Sequence record: DRR378314_814
Direction: 5' to 3' (one strand)
Length of the DNA stretch: 64,000 bases
Shown here piece after piece: positions 60,477 through 64,000 of this stretch. Position numbers and translations under genes: made by a program. The notes below the pieces were generated by a model. It saw nothing but the letters and a program-made list of their open reading frames with translations. It was not told the origin of the DNA and made no database searches. Within the stretch, counting starts at the first letter, position 1. Every line of letters begins with the position of its first letter.

Positions 60477-61724
60477 CTAGCCATCTAAGTGATCTTGAAT
60501 AGTGCCAACGAAAAAGGATAACAGGCAATAGAACAGAACCGAGCCGAGAAAAAAGGAAAAGATCATTAACATCCGCTTCGGCTCTGTAGACTCATCGGGT
60601 TTCGTAGGAGGAACAAAAGCAACAACATATGAGAATTTCCGAATGGCTTCACTTTTTGCCATCTCGTATGACGCTAGACTTGTCTCATATGCTTTTTTCG
60701 AAAATTCAAGCTCGACCAATAGGCGCCCATAGTCCGACAGTTTTCCTGAAAATTTTCGACTATTGACATCGTCAACCTTACCGACCAAGGATTGTTGTTC
60801 TTTACTGATTTGGCTTCGTAACGCTTCAATCTTACGTTCCTGCGCCCGTACTTGGACAGAGTTTGGCTGATAGTAGGTTTTCAATTGAGTGAGTTGCAGC
60901 AACTCTGATTGTAGCTGCGAATTTAACCGTGCTACCAGTTCAAAAATGGCCTCAGAGGTCTCTACCGGATTCAAATCTTCCTCTGTATCCTGAAACCCTT
61001 CCAATCCGGTTTGAGCTTTTGCTAACCTCTGCTCCGCCACCTTCACATCATCCAAAGCAAAAGAAACCGAGTCCGCCAACGATTTTTTGTTCACATCGTT
61101 GACCAGTTGCTCGCTTAGTGTGATCATTACTTCTGCGATTGCTTTCGCATATTCTCTGTGAAACGCTTGAATTTCGATTGTGAACACACCTGGCGTAGTC
61201 GTTGTATCAATTGTAATCCGGCTCCTGTAATAATCCAGGAACTCTTCCTCAGACGCATCCGGATCCAGCCGAGATATAAAGTCAATTTCTGGTGCGGAAT
61301 AGTGTCCTCTCAAATCCAATAGCTGATCAATTTCCTTAAGCGCAGCTGGTGATTTTATGAATTCATAGAGAAGCCCAGTGTCCTTGTTCCCGACATTCGT
61401 GTTTTGCCCTAATATTCCATCCAAAAGAGAAGGCGTGGTTTGCTTTGCAGACTCAATCGTAAACTGAAACATTGAAACATAGCGATCTGAGGCGACCTTA
61501 CCGTAGTAAATTCCAGCAAGTGTTGTCACCAAAGCGACAAACAGGAAAAAACGGACCACCTTATTTCTCAGTCGCGAACCTCTTCTGGCCTTCACATACG
61601 AAACATAATATTCAGCAGGAAGGAGAAAAGGTGAATAGTTTGAGGGCGCCTCTTCAGGCCGAGTTTCTCCCTTCTCATCTTCTGAGATTTCTTTCTTCGA
61701 ATTAACAGAAACTAGCTCACTCAA
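60477..61724 (-). CDS. kpsE: Capsule export inner-membrane protein KpsE
   Basis: Two TM ends, ASDRYVS, coiled-coil periplasmic region, P.KPDE..EPKR. Confidence 0.88.
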   Translation of the reverse strand: MSELVSVNSKKEISEDEKGETRPEEAPSNYSPFLLPAEYYVSYVKARRGSRLRNKVVRFFLFVALVTTLAGIYYGKVASDRYVSMFQFTIESAKQTTPSLLDGILGQNTNVGNKDTGLLYEFIKSPAALKEIDQLLDLRGHYSAPEIDFISRLDPDASEEEFLDYYRSRITIDTTTTPGVFTIEIQAFHREYAKAIAEVMITLSEQLVNDVNKKSLADSVSFALDDVKVAEQRLAKAQTGLEGFQDTEEDLNPVETSEAIFELVARLNSQLQSELLQLTQLKTYYQPNSVQVRAQERKIEALRSQISKEQQSLVGKVDDVNSRKFSGKLSDYGRLLVELEFSKKAYETSLASYEMAKSEAIRKFSYVVAFVPPTKPDESTEPKRMLMIFSFFLGSVLFYCLLSFFVGTIQDHLDG

Positions 61725-61755
61725 GGTTTTTCTCTTTAGGTTTTAGATACACTCT

Positions 61756-62415
61756 TCATGCGTATTTATTAAAAAATTCAAGCGCGTCTTCAACATCTGC
61801 AAACGGGTACAATTTACCCTGATGATATACAACACCCATATCACAAAATTCTTTTGCCATTTTAGGCTGCTTGGTAAGCAAAATATACCCACAATCGGCG
61901 TAATGATGGTTTAAATAAACACTACATCGTTCAATATATTCTTCTTCCCTGGTCGGAATGACTTGATGGCAGAATACATAGCAATCAAACTTTATTGCCA
62001 GCCATACCGCATGATTAAACTTAAGCTTTTGGGGGCTGGACATTTTAGAAATTTTTAGGTCAAAAAAATCATCTTCAGGCAGCAAGCTTTTTACAGAGGC
62101 ATGTAGTTTAGTCTCATTTATATCATAGAGACGTGCTGAAAATCGAATAGCGTCATTACCCGTGATAAGCGGTGGAAAATTTGAAAGACTCCCTATTGGC
62201 GGAGAAAAAAGACCATTTTTCCAAATATATCCACTATCCATGCGAATATTTCCGGCAATGGCTTTCGCCAACCCATCAATAATCGTATTTTCCTTCGCAA
62301 GAATTGCAATTCGCTCTGCCGTATTTAACGTCAACGTCACATTGTCCAAAAACTTGTGAGGACTTTTAAAATTATGCACCTTCTTTTTTGAGACACTCAC
62401 GAGACTCAACATCAA
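61756..62415 (-). CDS. kpsT: KpsT-like ABC nucleotide-binding-fold protein with degenerate ATPase motifs
   Basis: Collinear with KpsT (DSG.I, S.PIG, TG...RF.ARLY, FFD, KFD.Y, KEFCD); located between kpsM and kpsE. Confidence 0.75.
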   Translation of the reverse strand: MMLSLVSVSKKKVHNFKSPHKFLDNVTLTLNTAERIAILAKENTIIDGLAKAIAGNIRMDSGYIWKNGLFSPPIGSLSNFPPLITGNDAIRFSARLYDINETKLHASVKSLLPEDDFFDLKISKMSSPQKLKFNHAVWLAIKFDCYVFCHQVIPTREEEYIERCSVYLNHHYADCGYILLTKQPKMAKEFCDMGVVYHQGKLYPFADVEDALEFFNKYA

Positions 62416-63277
62416 ATCTCTCTCAAATCTCGAAACTTGACTTCCAAAAGCACTGAAAAGAAAAGCACACCTAGAATGCTTAAAAACGCGTATTCCAGTG
62501 ACATTTCAGCAGCGGGATAGGTTGATGACAGAGAATATCTGATCCCTTCAATCACATGGGCAAGTGGAACATATTGAACAATTGCTTTAAGTTGCTCAGG
62601 CAATTCGTCGATGGAATAGAAAACGCCAGAGAAAAAGAACAATCCTCTTTTGATCAACATTTGCGCTGTCAGAACAGCTTCAGCAATAAGAGATAGCACG
62701 CCAATAATCACACCGACCGAATAACCAAACATTGCGGCTAAAAAAAGACTGAACGCTAGGATTAGAAAATTATTAATCGTGATATCAAAATGAAACAGAT
62801 AAAGACCAGCCCCTAGAAAAATACCGAGCATGACGACGGGAAATACATCGAGTAATAAATTCGCAATCTTGATATCAAAGAAAGACACAACCTGATGAAT
62901 ACTTAGTTTGTCACCCTTTCGTATGGACCGGATAGAAGCTGTCATCGAATTGAGAAACACAAGCCATCCCGTAATACCGGTTAGAATGAATAGTTCCAGC
63001 GACATGTTTCCGGGTTGCTTGTGCCGTATGAACGCAAAAAGTATGTAAATTAGGGCGAGCATAAAGATAGGGATAATCAACGATGCAGTATATCCCATAC
63101 TCCTTCGCCCATATGTTTGCTTCATGAATAGAAAAAAAGCGCGCCTACAGAAGCACATCTCTCCATGAAAATCGCAAATATCTTGTTGAGCGTAAACCGA
63201 GTAGTATCTAGCCGCCGCCCGCGCGGAGCTGGAAGCTGATTGATATTTTGGCCGTCTATGTCGTCAAAATCACTCAT
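62412..63277 (-). CDS. kpsM: Capsule ABC permease KpsM, apparently frameshifted at T7 (63132-63138)
   Basis: ABC-2 permease body in ORF 62412-63158 (FFFSGVFY, PLAHVIE.IR); an upstream 51-aa ORF from 63277 joins it in frame if one T is added. Confidence 0.75.
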
Positions 63278-63446
63278 AATAGCTTCTAGCCCAAGGACTT
63301 ATCGTAATTTCCATCCATCGGCAACCGCAGTCTACCAATACGCACCTCATCATAAATCTAAGCAGGGTTATACAGTTAGTGTCCAGAGTATTCCATGATT
63401 TTTTAGCCCTCTTATTTCCCCCATTCTCACCCCCCCACCAAACACC

Positions 63447-63474
63447 TTGCTATCTGGCGCGTCATCGCTATACT
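63447..63474 (+). promoter_or_regulatory. Sigma70-type promoter for typA
   Basis: TTGCTA-16 bp-TATACT followed by a GC-rich discriminator gcgcgcgcc. Confidence 0.6.
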
Positions 63475-63509
63475 GCGCGCGCCTTTTAATTAGTTGATTG
63501 CGTACTATA

Positions 63510-64000
63510 ATGGAAATTCGGAACGTTGCGATTATCGCCCATGTTGATCATGGGAAAACCACCCTTGTGGATGGACTGCTGAAACAGAGTGGAACTTTCC
63601 GGGAAAACCAGAAAGTGGCCGAGCGGGCCATGGACTCCAATGACCTGGAGCGCGAACGCGGGATTACCATCCTCGCCAAATGTACCTCTGTTGAGTGGAG
63701 CGACTACCGCCTCAACATTGTTGACACCCCAGGCCATGCCGACTTTGGCGGCGAAGTGGAACGCATCCTCAGCATGGTGGACGGCGTTGTGGTGCTTGTC
63801 GATGCGGCCGAAGGGCCCATGCCACAGACTAAATTTGTCACCCAAAAAGCCCTTGGTCTTGGCCTTCGCCCGATCATCCTGATCAACAAGGCAGACCGCC
63901 CGGATGGGCGTCCTGAAGAAGTGCTCGACGAATGTTTTGATCTGCTGGTGGCTCTGGATGCCGATGAAGATCAGCTTGACTTCCCTGTGCTGTATGCCTC
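63510..64000 (+). CDS. typA: Translational GTPase TypA/BipA, runs off the window end
   Basis: Manual translation from ATG 63510: [21 protein letters not shown]...[11 protein letters not shown]...[14 protein letters not shown]; absent from the ORF track because no stop falls in the window. Confidence 0.97.
   Translation, partial: MEIRNVAIIAHVDHGKTTLVDGLLKQSGTFRENQKVAERAMDSNDLERERGITILAKCTSVEWSDYRLNIVDTPGHADFGGEVERILSMVDGVVVLVDAAEGPMPQTKFVTQKALGLGLRPIILINKADRPDGRPEEVLDECFDLLVALDADEDQLDFPVLYA

Noticed and set aside
63486-63889. Three short ORFs listed at the window end
   Set aside because: They are shadows of typA, which starts at 63510 and runs off the window.
1-64000. CRISPR arrays, tRNA/rRNA genes, IS elements, prophage
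   Set aside because: No repeat-spacer arrays, RNA gene signatures, transposases or integrases seen by eye; intergenic gaps are short. A covariance-model scan was not run.

Overview
Chromosomal window from what looks like an alphaproteobacterium (inferred from a CtrA-type box, a DUF2336 gene, cytochrome c2 and an rkp-1-like locus; genus not determinable here). Bases 1-21.8 kb hold housekeeping and catabolic genes: HAD hydrolase, pentapeptide repeat protein, FAD-linked dehydrogenase, thioesterase, YhhN, DUF2336, cytochrome c2, an RpiR/aminotransferase/BKACE/TAXI-TRAP/USP cluster, a GGDEF-EAL protein, gamma-CA-dgcN-dgcA, a tandem 2OG-Fe(II) oxygenase pair and an acyl-CoA dehydrogenase. Bases 21.9-63.3 kb are one large ABC-transporter-dependent capsule locus, followed by typA. 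The locus contains kpsS, an RkpA/WcbR-type type I PKS with RkpG/I/H-like partners, kpsD/C/E/T/M, a legionaminic-acid-type nonulosonate pathway, two orphan CMP-sugar-transferase-like proteins, and an embedded carrier-protein tailoring cassette (DltA-like A domain, ACP, formyltransferase, methyltransferase, GNAT, deacetylase). Most notable: that cassette; a KpsT with all ATPase motifs lost next to a kpsM apparently frameshifted in a homopolymer; and an intact plus metal-site-dead oxygenase pair downstream of two perfect tandem CRP-type boxes. All calls come from motif recognition by eye; no searches were run.
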